This document shows, in pieces, positions 40,343 to 51,609 of a DNA stretch of 64,000 nucleotides (its first letter is position 1; each line of letters opens with the position of its first letter). Location of the stretch: positions 5,313 to 69,312 of the forward strand of contig CAWBXW010000004.1 of assembly GCA_963792845.1 (NCBI GenBank). The letters are read 5' to 3'. This stretch comes from an uncultured Alphaproteobacteria bacterium (lineage in GTDB: Bacteria; Pseudomonadota; Alphaproteobacteria; Rhizobiales; Kaistiaceae). Both the position numbers and the translations under genes were made by a program. The notes beneath the pieces are model-generated. The model was not told where the DNA came from, did not search any database, and was given only the letters and a program-made list of their open reading frames with translations.

Positions 40343-42016
40343 ATGACAGAATCCCCTGCCGCGCGGACCGGCGGCCGCATCCTCGCCGACGCGCTTCAGC
40401 TTAACGGCATCGAGCGCGTCTTCTGCGTGCCGGGCGAGTCGTACCTGGCTCTCCTCGACGCGCTCTACGATTCCCCGGTGAAGGTGACCGTCGCCCGCCA
40501 GGAAGGCGGCGCGGCGATGATGGCGGAAGCGTGGGGCAAGCTTACCGGCCGCCCGGGCGTGGTCATGGTCACGCGCGGGCCGGGCGCCACCAACGCCTCG
40601 GCCGGACTGCATGTCGGGCGGCAGGATTCGACACCGATGGTCCTGCTCCTCGGCCAGGTCTCGCGCCGGATGCGCGGACGCGAGGCTTTCCAGGAATTCG
40701 ACGCGACCGCGTTCTTCGGCGAGGTGGCGAAATCGGTCGAGGAGGTCGGCAGCGCCGCCCGAATCCCCGAGGCCTTCTCCCGCGCCATGCACCAGGCTAC
40801 GGCTGGCCGCCCCGGCCCGGTCGTGATCGGCCTTCCCGAGGATGTGCTCCGCGAGAGCGCGACGGTCGCCGACACGGCGCCGTGGGCGCAGGTCGAGACG
40901 CATCCCGGCCTCACCCAGATGGCCCAGCTCCAGAAGATGCTGTGGGCCGCGCAGCGGCCCTTCGTCATCCTCGGCGGCTCGCGCTGGAGCGAGGCCGCGG
41001 TCGCCGGCATCCGCCGTTTCGCCGAACGCTTCGCTCTGCCGGTCGGCTGCTCGCTCCGGCGCCAGATGCTGTTCGACCACGACCACCCGAACTATGCCGG
41101 CGACGTCGGCATCGGCATCAACCCGGCGCTGGCGGAGCGCGTCAGGGAAGCCGATCTCCTCGTCGTGATCGGCGGCCGGATGAGCGAGATGGCCTCGTCG
41201 GGCTACACGCTGATCAATATCCCGGAGCCGCGGCAGGCGCTGGTCCATGTCTATCCGGGCGCGGAGGAACTCGGCCGCGTCTACCGGCCAACACTCGCGA
41301 TCAATGCGAGCCCGACGGCGTTTGCCGCGGCGGTCGAGGGCCTGCAGGCGCCGCATGGCGATATCGCCTGGGCCGGCCAAACCTGCGCCGCCAATGCCGC
41401 CTACGGCGCGTGGTCGGAGCCAAGGGCAAACCCCGGCCCGGTGCAGCTCGGCCAGATCATCGCATGGCTTCGCGAACGGCTGCCGGACGACGCGATCATC
41501 ACCAACGGGGCGGGAAACTATACCGGCTGGGTGCACCGCTTCTTCCGGTTCCGCCGCTATAATACGCAGCTTGCGCCGATCTCCGGGTCGATGGGCTATG
41601 GCCTCCCCGCGGCGATCGCCGCGAAGCTCCGGTTTCCCGAGCGGATGGTGGTCGCCTTCGCCGGCGACGGCTGCTTCCAGCTGACCAGCCAGGAATTTGC
41701 GACCGCCGTGCAGGAGGGCGCCGCCGTGATCACCGTCCTCGTCAACAACGGCATTCACGGCACGATCCGCATGCACCAGGAGCGCGACTATCCGGGCCGC
41801 TCGATCGCAACCGACCTCGTCAACCCGGATTTCGCCGCCCTCGCCCGTGCCCATGGCGGGCACGGCGAGGCCGTCTCGGCCACGCCCGAATTCGCCCCGG
41901 CCTTCGAACGGGCCGTCGCTTCCGGCAAGCCGGCGATCATCTCGGTGACGATGGATCCCGAGGCGATCAGCACTTCGGCCACGCTCTCGTCCATCCGCGG
42001 CAAGGGACGCCGCTAG
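40343..42016 (+). CDS. Thiamine diphosphate-dependent enzyme (acetolactate synthase-like family)
   Basis: FCVPGESYL, RQEGGA.MMAEA, TRGPGATNA, GSMGYGLP, GDGCF...NN ThDP motif. Confidence 0.92.
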   Translation: MTESPAARTGGRILADALQLNGIERVFCVPGESYLALLDALYDSPVKVTVARQEGGAAMMAEAWGKLTGRPGVVMVTRGPGATNASAGLHVGRQDSTPMVLLLGQVSRRMRGREAFQEFDATAFFGEVAKSVEEVGSAARIPEAFSRAMHQATAGRPGPVVIGLPEDVLRESATVADTAPWAQVETHPGLTQMAQLQKMLWAAQRPFVILGGSRWSEAAVAGIRRFAERFALPVGCSLRRQMLFDHDHPNYAGDVGIGINPALAERVREADLLVVIGGRMSEMASSGYTLINIPEPRQALVHVYPGAEELGRVYRPTLAINASPTAFAAAVEGLQAPHGDIAWAGQTCAANAAYGAWSEPRANPGPVQLGQIIAWLRERLPDDAIITNGAGNYTGWVHRFFRFRRYNTQLAPISGSMGYGLPAAIAAKLRFPERMVVAFAGDGCFQLTSQEFATAVQEGAAVITVLVNNGIHGTIRMHQERDYPGRSIATDLVNPDFAALARAHGGHGEAVSATPEFAPAFERAVASGKPAIISVTMDPEAISTSATLSSIRGKGRR

Positions 42017-42028
42017 CACGGGCTGACG

Positions 42029-42391
42029 CTAGCTGATGGTGATGTGGCGGAAGAGCATCTCCGGGTCGATCTCATGAATCTCGACGCCCATCGCGATCGG
42101 AGGCGAATCGGCGCCGAGCGCGGCTTTGGCGGTGTCGAGGAGCGAGGCCCCGAGCTTCTTCCGGTCCTCGACCGAGCGGCCGGCCCTGATCCGCGCGATG
42201 ATGTGCAGGAAGACGTTGGCCGGATCACCGTCGGCAATGCGGTAGAGGCTGCGCGGCAGCGCCCGCGTCCGGATCGCCGGCAGGTCGAAATGGCCGGAAG
42301 CAGCCATGGTCCGGTGGAGCGCGTCGATCAGTCCCCGGATGCTGACGCTGTCCTCGAGGTTGCTCGAATATTCGACAAGGATATGCGGCAT
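42029..42391 (-). CDS. 5-carboxymethyl-2-hydroxymuconate isomerase-like tautomerase
   Basis: MPH..VEYS.NL with catalytic Pro-1, IRTRA, FLH...RI.AGRS.E. Confidence 0.88.
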   Translation of the reverse strand: MPHILVEYSSNLEDSVSIRGLIDALHRTMAASGHFDLPAIRTRALPRSLYRIADGDPANVFLHIIARIRAGRSVEDRKKLGASLLDTAKAALGADSPPIAMGVEIHEIDPEMLFRHITIS

Positions 42392-42445
42392 GGCGATTCT
42401 CCCCTGATCCTCGTGGATAGCACGAGCCGCCGGCGGTGACCGAAT

Positions 42446-43423
42446 GTGAGCCGGCCGCGCGTCTTCATCCCCGATCCGATCCACGCCGACGGCGTTGCCC
42501 GGCTCGACGCGCATTTCGAGATCGACGGACCCTCCGGCGATGACGAGTCCGACCGGCGGAGACGGTTTGCCAAAGCCGATGCCGTGATCATCAGGAATCG
42601 CGGGATCGACGCCGCATTGATGGACGCAAGCCCGCGGCTCCGGGTCATCGCCAAGCACGGCGCCGGCGTCGACAACATCGACATTCCCGCCGCCACCGCC
42701 CGCGGCATCGTCGTGGCGAGCGTGCCCGGCGGTAACGCCGATGCGGTGGCCGAGGCGACCGTCGCCTTGATGCTTGCCGCGCTGCGGCGCGTGCCGGAGG
42801 TGCATGGGCTGGTCGCTTCGGGGCACTACGAGGCGCGCTGGCGGCTACGCTACGAGCAGCTTCTTGACCGCACGCTCGGGCTCGTCGGCATCGGCAATAT
42901 CGGCGCGCGCGTGGCAGGAATCTGCGCCGGTGGCTTCAGGATGCGGATTCTTGCCTACGATCCCGGCCTCTCCCCGGCTCAGGTCAAGGAACGCGGCGCC
43001 GACAAGGTCGACAGCCTCGGCGAACTCCTTTCACGCTCCGATGTCGTCTCCCTCCACCTGCCGCTGACCGAGGCGACGCGCCACGTCATCGGCCGCGAGG
43101 AATTGCGGGCGATGAAGCCGACGGCGGTCCTCGTCAATGCCGCACGCGGGCCGCTGATCGACGAGGCGGCCCTCGCCGGGGCGCTCCGCGAGGGGACGAT
43201 CGCCGGCGCCGGGCTCGACGTCTTCGAGGTCGAGCCGCCGCTTCCCGGAAGCCCGATCCTGTCGGCGCCGAACGTGGTCCTCTCCCCGCACACCGCCGGC
43301 AACACGGTCGAGGCCGCCCGCCATCTCGCGATCGCCTCGGCCGAGATCGCCATCGCCGTGATCTCCGGCCGCCGGCCGGAAGGAATCCTCAACCCCGAGG
43401 TCTGGGACCGCCGGCGGCGATGA
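42446..43423 (+). CDS. D-2-hydroxyacid/phosphoglycerate dehydrogenase-like protein
   Basis: KHGAGVDNID, GLVGIGNIG, VNAARG, GLDVFEVEP, SPHTAG. Confidence 0.9.
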   Translation: MSRPRVFIPDPIHADGVARLDAHFEIDGPSGDDESDRRRRFAKADAVIIRNRGIDAALMDASPRLRVIAKHGAGVDNIDIPAATARGIVVASVPGGNADAVAEATVALMLAALRRVPEVHGLVASGHYEARWRLRYEQLLDRTLGLVGIGNIGARVAGICAGGFRMRILAYDPGLSPAQVKERGADKVDSLGELLSRSDVVSLHLPLTEATRHVIGREELRAMKPTAVLVNAARGPLIDEAALAGALREGTIAGAGLDVFEVEPPLPGSPILSAPNVVLSPHTAGNTVEAARHLAIASAEIAIAVISGRRPEGILNPEVWDRRRR

Positions 43424-43427
43424 GCCG

Positions 43428-45101
43428 TCAGACCTTCGCCGCGGCGGCCGCGTCGCGGAGATATTGGTGGACGAAGGCAACCGCCATGCTGCCCTCGCCC
43501 ACCGCGGAGGCAACCCGCTTGACCTGGCCGAAGCGAACGTCGCCGCAGGCGAAGATGCCGGGAACGCTGGTTTCGAGGAGATAGGGATCGCGGCCCTCCA
43601 GCCACTGGCCGGCCTTGAGCAGATCGGTGCCGGTCAGCACATAGCCGCGCCTGTCCCGCGCGATCTCCGCCGGCAGCCATCCGGTCTCGGCGTCGGCGCC
43701 GATGAACACGAAGAGCCCGGCGCTTTCCTCTCGGCGCGTCGTTCCGCCCTGGCTATCGTGGATTTCGACGCCGGCGAGGTGGTCGTCGCCATGAACGCCC
43801 TTCACCTCGGCCTTGACCAGGACGCGGATGTTGGGCCTCCGCCGCAACTGGTCGATCAGGTACTGCGACATGCTCTTCTCGAGCGAGTCGCCGCGCACGA
43901 CCAGGGTCACCGTGTTCGCGTGGTTGGCGAAGAACATCGCGGCCTGCCCGGCCGAGTTCCCCGCTCCGATAAGATGGATGTCGAGACCCTGGGTTATATC
44001 CGCTTCACTCCGCGCGGCGCCGTAGTAGATGCCCTTGCCGATGAGACGATCGAAGCCGTCGATGGCGAGACGGCGCCAGCTGACGCCGGTCGCGATGATC
44101 ACCGTTCGTGCATAGAGCATCTCGCCGTCGTCGAGGAAGATGGCGCGGACATCCGGATCGATGCGGTTGATGCCGCGGGTGATGAGGATCTCGGCGCCGA
44201 GGCGCTTGGCCTGACGAAGGGCGCGGAGCGCAAGCTCGTCGCCGGAAACGCCGTTGGGGAATCCGAGATAATTCTCGATCCGCGACGATGTTCCGGCCTG
44301 GCCGCCCGGCGCCTCGCGTTCGACGACGATGGTGCGCAGTCCCTCCGATGCGCCGTAGACCGCCGCGGCGAGCCCGGCGGGACCGCCGCCGACGATGGCG
44401 GTGTCGTAAAGGCTCCTTTTCGCCTTGGTCTGGAGGCCGAGACGCTCGGCGAGCTCACGGAACCTGGGCCGGACGAGGGTCGTCCCGTCGGCGAGCCGGA
44501 CGACGGGCAGCTCGGCTTCGGACGGCGCCGGGCCGTGCCAGCGCGCGGCGAGGTCCGGCGCGTCGATGTCGATGCCATCGAAGCTGATCTGATTGCGCGC
44601 CAGGAACCGACGAAGCTCGACGCAGGCCGCGTCGTAGCGATGCCCGACCATCGTGACCTGGACCTGGCGCGGCTGGGCGGCGATGCCCTGGAGGCCGCCC
44701 GGCCCGGCTATTCGGTTCTCGGCGCTTTCGCGCACTCGTCTGGCGACATCCGGTGCGCTGGCCGCAAGGGCGTAATAGTGCCGTCCATCGAAGCGGACAA
44801 CTCGCGACGGCTCGGCAGCCCGGGCACTGCTCTGAAACTGGGTTCCGTAGATCAGCGGCACCTCTCCGAAGAACACCCCCGGCAGGCGGGCGCCGACCAC
44901 CCGCTCGATCCCATCGACCAGCTTGGTGACCTCGATCTTGCCCGAGAGGACCACGAACAGGGCCGGTTCCTCGCCCTCATGCACGGCGTATTCACCGGCG
45001 CCGAGCGGGATGTCCGCCGCCACCTCGACAAGGTGCTTGAGTTCGGCCGGCCCGAGCTCGGCGAAGAGCGGGACGCTTGCGAGTTCGTTTGTGGTCAACA
45101 T
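43428..45101 (-). CDS. Cyclic-nucleotide-binding domain plus thioredoxin-reductase-like FAD oxidoreductase
   Basis: N-terminal cNMP domain (LFVVLSG.IE, FFGE), VGGGPAGL.AAVY..SEG, GGQAG.SSRIENY, GAGNSAGQ, FACGDVR. Confidence 0.9.
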   Translation of the reverse strand: MLTTNELASVPLFAELGPAELKHLVEVAADIPLGAGEYAVHEGEEPALFVVLSGKIEVTKLVDGIERVVGARLPGVFFGEVPLIYGTQFQSSARAAEPSRVVRFDGRHYYALAASAPDVARRVRESAENRIAGPGGLQGIAAQPRQVQVTMVGHRYDAACVELRRFLARNQISFDGIDIDAPDLAARWHGPAPSEAELPVVRLADGTTLVRPRFRELAERLGLQTKAKRSLYDTAIVGGGPAGLAAAVYGASEGLRTIVVEREAPGGQAGTSSRIENYLGFPNGVSGDELALRALRQAKRLGAEILITRGINRIDPDVRAIFLDDGEMLYARTVIIATGVSWRRLAIDGFDRLIGKGIYYGAARSEADITQGLDIHLIGAGNSAGQAAMFFANHANTVTLVVRGDSLEKSMSQYLIDQLRRRPNIRVLVKAEVKGVHGDDHLAGVEIHDSQGGTTRREESAGLFVFIGADAETGWLPAEIARDRRGYVLTGTDLLKAGQWLEGRDPYLLETSVPGIFACGDVRFGQVKRVASAVGEGSMAVAFVHQYLRDAAAAAKV

Positions 45102-45319
45102 GAGGTCACGGGCACCTTGTCATCCGATATTGTCTCTATGGGTGCCGACAAGCAACCGAGCGTATTTTTCGGCTGGCGAAGGCTCGACTTGTCGGGGCCG
45201 AGCAACACTCCGCCGATCAGCTTCCTTAAAATCGGCACAGGCAACGCTAGCGCGCCGGTTCGATCGGACGCGGGTTGCAGGCCAAGCGCAACGGATCGCG
45301 AGCGCCGGGATTTCCGCCC

Positions 45320-45931
45320 TTACCTCCCAAGGGTTGCGGCAAGATATGCGGCGAGCACGCCTTCGATTTCCTGGAGTGCGGCGCGCCGCTCCCGGAGGTC
45401 GGTCTCGAGGGTGGCTCCGGCGCGGATAAGCTGCCAGACGACGATCGCCGAGCGTCGGGTTCTCTCCGATGACAGGTCCGGCGAGTTCGCGGCGATCACC
45501 TCGGCGATGGCGGCGCGAAGACGCGGCCGGACGCTGGCCGCGCCGCCCGCCTTGCCGCGCGCCTCGGCGATCGCCAGCAGAGCCGGATGCTTTTGGAGGA
45601 AGCCGATCACCGCCCCGAAAAGCCGTCGCGCGAGTTCGGAGGGGGGCCAGCCGGGCGCCGCGTCGGCAAGAGCCGCGAGCGTTGCGCAAAGATCGTCGTT
45701 GAGCCGGCCGCGGAGCCGGTCGGCGACCGCCTCCTTGGTCGGGAAGAACTGGTAGAGCGAACCGATGGCGGCGCCCGCCCGCTCGGCGACGGCGGTCATC
45801 GTGGCGGCATCATAGCCCTTCTCCCCGATGACCGCTTCGGCGGCGGCGAGCAGGGAAACCACCCGCAGCCTTCCGCGTTCCTGCTTGGGAAGGCGCCAAA
45901 TCGCGCTTGAAGTTCGCGAGGCCATTCCCAT
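45320..45931 (-). CDS. TetR/AcrR family regulator
   Basis: PKQERG, AA..VI.EKGY..ATM..VAERAG..IGSLYQFFP.K. Confidence 0.92.
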   Translation of the reverse strand: MGMASRTSSAIWRLPKQERGRLRVVSLLAAAEAVIGEKGYDAATMTAVAERAGAAIGSLYQFFPTKEAVADRLRGRLNDDLCATLAALADAAPGWPPSELARRLFGAVIGFLQKHPALLAIAEARGKAGGAASVRPRLRAAIAEVIAANSPDLSSERTRRSAIVVWQLIRAGATLETDLRERRAALQEIEGVLAAYLAATLGR

Positions 45932-45940
45932 AATCTCCAA

Positions 45941-45962
45941 AATATGAGGCTATCCTCATATT
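45941..45962. promoter_or_regulatory. TetR operator palindrome
   Basis: Perfect inverted repeat AATATGAGG-CTAT-CCTCATATT between divergent tetR and MFS genes. Confidence 0.8.
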
Positions 45963-46041
45963 AAGCCGCTGCCCGGAAGTCCGACAAGACCTCTTCCGAT
46001 CGCGATCGGAACTCCATCTCGCTGCATCCGATTCAATTCCA

Positions 46042-47765
46042 ATGACCCAGGTCCCCTCCCCCGAACCGGATCCCGGCTACCGCTGGATCGCGCTGAGCAA
46101 CACGACGCTCGGCATGCTTGCCGCGACCGTCAACAGCTCGATCCTCCTGATCAGCCTGCCGGCGGTCTTCCGCGGCATCGGCGTCGATCCGCTGGCGCCG
46201 GGCAATGTCGGGCTGCTGCTCTGGACCATCATGGGCTACATGATGGCGACCTCGGTGCTGGTCGTCACCTTCGGCCGGCTCGGCGACATGTTCGGCCGGG
46301 CCCGCATGTACAATCTCGGCTTCGCCATCTTCACCGTGGCCTCGCTGGCGCTTAGCCTGATGCCGGGCTCAGGCGCGTCGGCGGCGCTCTATCTGGTGAT
46401 CGTGCGGGTCCTCCAGGGCGTCGGCGGCGCGCTTCTCATGGCGAACTCCACCGCCATCCTCACCGATGCCTTCCCGGTCGACCGGCGCGGCTTCGCGCTC
46501 GGCCTCAACGTCGTCGCCGGCATCGGCGGCTCAGTTCATCGGGCTGGTCATCGGCGGGCTGCTCGCCGACATCGACTGGCGGCTGGTCTTCTGGGTCAAT
46601 GTCCCGATCGGCCTGATCGGCACGATCTGGGCCTACTGGAAGCTCCGCGACCATCGCCCGCCACGGCGGGAGACGATCGACTGGATCGGCAACATCACGT
46701 TCGCGGTCGGGCTGTTCCTGGTGATGGTGGCGATCACCGAAGGCATCGAGCCGAGCGGCACCAGCAGCATGGGCTGGGGCAGCCCGCGAGTGCTCGGACT
46801 GCTTGTCGCGGGGATCGCCCTTCTTGCCGCCTTCGTCGCGATCGAGCGGCGGGTGGCGCGGCCGATGTTCGACCTCGCGCTCCTCCGCATCAGGCCGTTC
46901 GCCGCCGGCACCACCGCGAGCCTGCTCGCCGCGATCGGACGCGGCGGCCTGCAGTTCATGCTGATCGTCTGGCTCCAGGGCATCTGGCTGCCGATCCACG
47001 GCTTCAGCTTCGAGGAGACGCCGCTCTGGGCCGGTATCTTCATGCTGCCGCTGACCGTCGGCTTTCTCGCCGCCGGGCCTCTCTCGGGACATCTCTCCGA
47101 CCGGCACGGCGGCCGCCCTTTCGCCGCCGGCGGCATGCTGCTCGGGGCGGCGAGCTTCGTCGGCCTGATTCTGATCCCGGCGGACTTTCCCTACTGGCTG
47201 TTCGCGCTCCTGATCTTCCTGAACGGACTCGGCTCGGGACTGTTCATCGCCCCGAACAGCACCCAGATCATGAATTCGGTGCCGGTCGCCGTGCGCGGCC
47301 AGGCTTCCGGCACTCCGGGCGACCACCGCCAACACCGGCACCGTGGTTTCGATCGGGATCTTCTTCAGCCTGATGATCTACGGACTGACCGCGACGCTGC
47401 CGCGGACGATGGAAGCGGCTCTGGTCGCCGAGCAGGTTCCGGCGAACGCGGCCCACCAGATCGCGAGCACGCCGGCGGTGGCGAGCCTGTTCGCCGCCTT
47501 CCTCGGCTACAACCCGATGGAAAAGCTCGTCCCGGCATCGGTGCTGTCGGCGCTTCCCCCCGACAGCGCCGCCACCATCACCGGCAAGGCGTTCTTCCCC
47601 GAGCTTATTTCGGCGCCGTTCGCCCACGGCCTCGCCTACGCCTTTATTTTTGCAGCGATCCTCTATCTCGTCGCCGCTGCGGTCTCATGGATTGCGGGCG
47701 GTCGCTATGTGCATGTGGAGGCGACCGGCCCAGGGGGTCTGGCCAACGAGACTGCGGCCGAGTAG
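46042..47765 (+). CDS. DHA2 (14-TM) MFS efflux transporter, apparent indels near 46530 and 47315
   Basis: GRLGDMFGR motif A, WRLVFWVNVPIG, PMFDL.L, G.LSDR.G; spans three ORF-track frames. Confidence 0.88.
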
Positions 47766-47841
47766 GCGGCGTTTGCCGGCCCGGAGGGCTGCCCCCCGCG
47801 CGCCGGTGGCTCCCGCAGCAGACTTGGTGCGCCGAAACGCG

Positions 47842-49131
<1,290 letters not shown>

Positions 49132-49242
49132 GCAGAGGTCGCCCCGATTGTCGCCGCCCGGGAGGGAATCCCGGAGAGATTCGGCCCATCTAACGCAGCT
49201 TTGAGGCCGACACAAGGCGGGCTCGAAAACGGCGCCGATCAG

Positions 49243-49422
49243 CTATTTGGGCCGGCCGTCGACAGTGTCTCGGCGGTCGCTTCGATCGGCCGAGGCGTCC
49301 TTTGCATCGGCCCGCGTCGCTGCCTTGCGGCGGCGAAGGTTGGCGCGAAGCGCCTCGGCAAGGCGTTGCTCGCGCGCCTTCCGCGCGGCGTCTTTGCCGG
49401 CCCGATCCTTGTCGTCTGCCAT
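49243..49422 (-). CDS. Small basic protein of the type commonly found upstream of alphaproteobacterial murA
   Basis: REQRLAEALRANLRRRKA motif and position between tRNA-Thr and murA. Confidence 0.7.
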   Translation of the reverse strand: MADDKDRAGKDAARKAREQRLAEALRANLRRRKAATRADAKDASADRSDRRDTVDGRPK

Positions 49423-49518
49423 TTCGTCAATATAGCCGCTTCCCGGGCGGCGGGCGTTTGGCTTGAAGCCTCGCTCCCCATATGGCACTAAGGCCGGCGC
49501 AAGGCGACGCCCGCGCGG

Positions 49519-49593
49519 GCTGCCGTAGCTCAGTGGTAGAGCACCCCCTTGGTAAGGGGGAGGTCGACAGTTCAATCCTGTCCGGCAGCACCA
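49519..49593 (+). tRNA. tRNA-Thr (anticodon GGT)
   Basis: GCTGCCGTAGCTCAGTGGTAGAGCA-CCCCC-TTGGTAA-GGGGG-AGGTCGACAGTTCAATCCTGTCCGGCAGCACCA cloverleaf with CCA. Confidence 0.97.
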
Positions 49594-49724
49594 AGATTTT
49601 CTTTAAGGCATTGATACAGCGTAGGATTCGGGTGTTGTCCAACTCCGTCCACCGCATCGAGCCAGCCACACCCGCCATGGCTTTCCGATGCGTGATGCTA
49701 TCCTCTTTCGCTTCGCCGGCCGTC

Positions 49725-50138
49725 TCAAGGCCGAAGGAAGGCGCCGTCGATCGCGGCGTTGCACTTCTGGCTGACTCGTCCCTTCGCAATGTTCAGGCAT
49801 TGCAGAAGGTTGCCGTTGCCGGCAACAACTCCGGGACAAAGCCTCGAAACGTCGCCGGCACACACGCGCTGGACATCCGACAGGGAAGAAATTGCCAGCT
49901 TCAGCCGGCCAGCCGAAACGAGCACCGAGCTCATGCAGGGTCCAGACAGCTTGTCCTCCCGGGCATACAAGCAAGCGAGAAGCCGCGCGTCGCCCGCAAT
50001 CACGTCCTTGCAGTAGGACGCGATTTCCTTCGGACATGACTGAGTCATCAGTTTCTGATAGTCGGCCGCGTCGTCGGCGGTCGCGGCACCTGGCAAGCAG
50101 GCCGCGACGATCATGGCGATAAACAACACCGGTCTCAT
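49725..50138 (-). CDS. Secreted cysteine-rich repeat protein
   Basis: Signal peptide; two repeats C..(E/D)...(Y/L)C..V.AG...LL.CL.......S..C. Confidence 0.8.
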   Translation of the reverse strand: MRPVLFIAMIVAACLPGAATADDAADYQKLMTQSCPKEIASYCKDVIAGDARLLACLYAREDKLSGPCMSSVLVSAGRLKLAISSLSDVQRVCAGDVSRLCPGVVAGNGNLLQCLNIAKGRVSQKCNAAIDGAFLRP

Positions 50139-50297
50139 CCATCCCTCCCTGGAACAAAGCGCTTAGACTGCCGACCGTGCCAGGTCGGCGAGATGTGCAT
50201 CCGCTGCCGGAGCCCTATGGTCGTGCCCCGCTCATCACGTTGCTTGGCGGCGCCGAGGTGGGGCCAGAAGCTCCAAAAGGCGACATCACCGTGCGAC

Positions 50298-50470
50298 ACG
50301 CCCCGACGGTTGGTTCCCCGAAAACCGATATGGCCTCCATGACATGACCAGCAACGCTAGGCGGTGGACGTCGACTGGTATCAGGAACACAGCAAGTTTG
50401 ACAGTCCCTGTTGCACCGTCGGCAACCCGCGTGGCGGTGAACGCGAGACCAGCTATGACGTGACCCAACC
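50298..50470 (+). pseudogene. Degenerate fragment of a formylglycine-generating enzyme (SUMF1/FGE family)
   Basis: FPENRYGLHDMTSNARRWT / DWYQEHSKFDSPCCTVGNPRGGERETSYD resembles FGE F..N.YGLYDM.GNVWEW..DWY...CC...NPRGG; frameshifted, no start, C-terminus missing. Confidence 0.7.
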
Positions 50471-50505
50471 AAGCCCTGCCGGGCGGGAAAGCATCTGTGC
50501 ACTGG

Positions 50506-51609
50506 TCAAGTCCCGTCGATTGAGATCGTCCGCCGGATTTCGTCGCTCCGGAAACCGATCATCGACGGTCGCGTGACGCCCGGGAGCGCCACAACATCGA
50601 AGAGCTCCGAGACGAAGCCCTCAATTCTCAGCCAGTGGGCAATGTCGCCGGTCTTGAGATTGAAGACGTAGAGACCGCATCGCGGTTCGACCCTGGCGGC
50701 CGCCAGCCGGTCGTGAAGCGGCAGCCCGGCAAAGGTCTTGTTCTCGCGAGGCTCGGACAGCCCGACCACCGCGTGGCCAGCGAGGAAGCAGAGGCCCCTG
50801 ACATATCCGGGACAGAACCCGATCTCCTCGAACGCGCCGCTTCCGGGATCGACCGTCCCGAACCCGCCTGCGCCGGAATTGAGAACGAACAGCCTGCCTT
50901 GATGGACGCGCGGTGAGTGCGGCATCGACAGGCCGCGACAGACGATCTCGCCCGACCTCACATCGACGACCATACCGCCTGCCTTCCGATGGTCGCGCCA
51001 GCCGTCCGCGGTATCGGTGTCGGCGACGGCGGTCGCGTAGGCGGGAACGCCGTCATCCATGGCGAAGCCGTTGAGATGGCAGCGATCTTCGGCGGCTAAC
51101 CGGGAGATGAAGGGCGGCCGCCACAGCGGCCTGAAGCTGTGGGTCGCGCTCACCGCGGCGAGACAGGAAAACAGCGTGTTGGCGAAGACCAGCCGACCGT
51201 CGGCGTCGAAAGCGATGTCGTGCACGTCGACATCGCCCGTGTAGTGGGTCACCTGCGGCACATAGACCGCATCGTAGCCCTCCGCGGTTGGCGTCCCTTC
51301 GGCCGCGTCGACATAGGTCGTGATCTGGTTCATCGAGGCAATTGCGAGCCGGGGGCCGGATGCTGCCATCCCCATCGGCCGCTCGAGCGTTCGCTCAAAG
51401 ATCGACAGGCGCTTCGTTTCCCGATTACTGCCGACCAGGAAGACCTTGCCGCTCTGATAAGTGCTGAAGGCAAGGCTGCCGCCGCTCTCGGCGAGCCAGC
51501 TCACGAACTGGCGCGAGCCGGTGATCTCGAGCTTGTGCGTGATGGAACCGGCGCCGGTGGCTTCGCCTTCGCCCGTGGTGGATTCGCGTGCGTCCATTTC
51601 AAACGTCAT
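50506..51609 (-). CDS. TIGR03032 (DUF4915) family protein
   Basis: SLAFSTYQ.GK, R.MG, YVP...HYTGD.D.HD, NTLFSCL, FRPLW.PPFIS.L..EDRCHLNG, GLSMPHSPR, FCPGY.RG, ELFDV. Confidence 0.88.
   Translation of the reverse strand: MTFEMDARESTTGEGEATGAGSITHKLEITGSRQFVSWLAESGGSLAFSTYQSGKVFLVGSNRETKRLSIFERTLERPMGMAASGPRLAIASMNQITTYVDAAEGTPTAEGYDAVYVPQVTHYTGDVDVHDIAFDADGRLVFANTLFSCLAAVSATHSFRPLWRPPFISRLAAEDRCHLNGFAMDDGVPAYATAVADTDTADGWRDHRKAGGMVVDVRSGEIVCRGLSMPHSPRVHQGRLFVLNSGAGGFGTVDPGSGAFEEIGFCPGYVRGLCFLAGHAVVGLSEPRENKTFAGLPLHDRLAAARVEPRCGLYVFNLKTGDIAHWLRIEGFVSELFDVVALPGVTRPSMIGFRSDEIRRTISIDGT

Noticed and set aside
46008-46032. GGAAC-N16-CGAT as an EcfG promoter for the MFS gene
   Set aside because: The -10 element is imperfect, and the TetR operator already explains regulation of this divergon.
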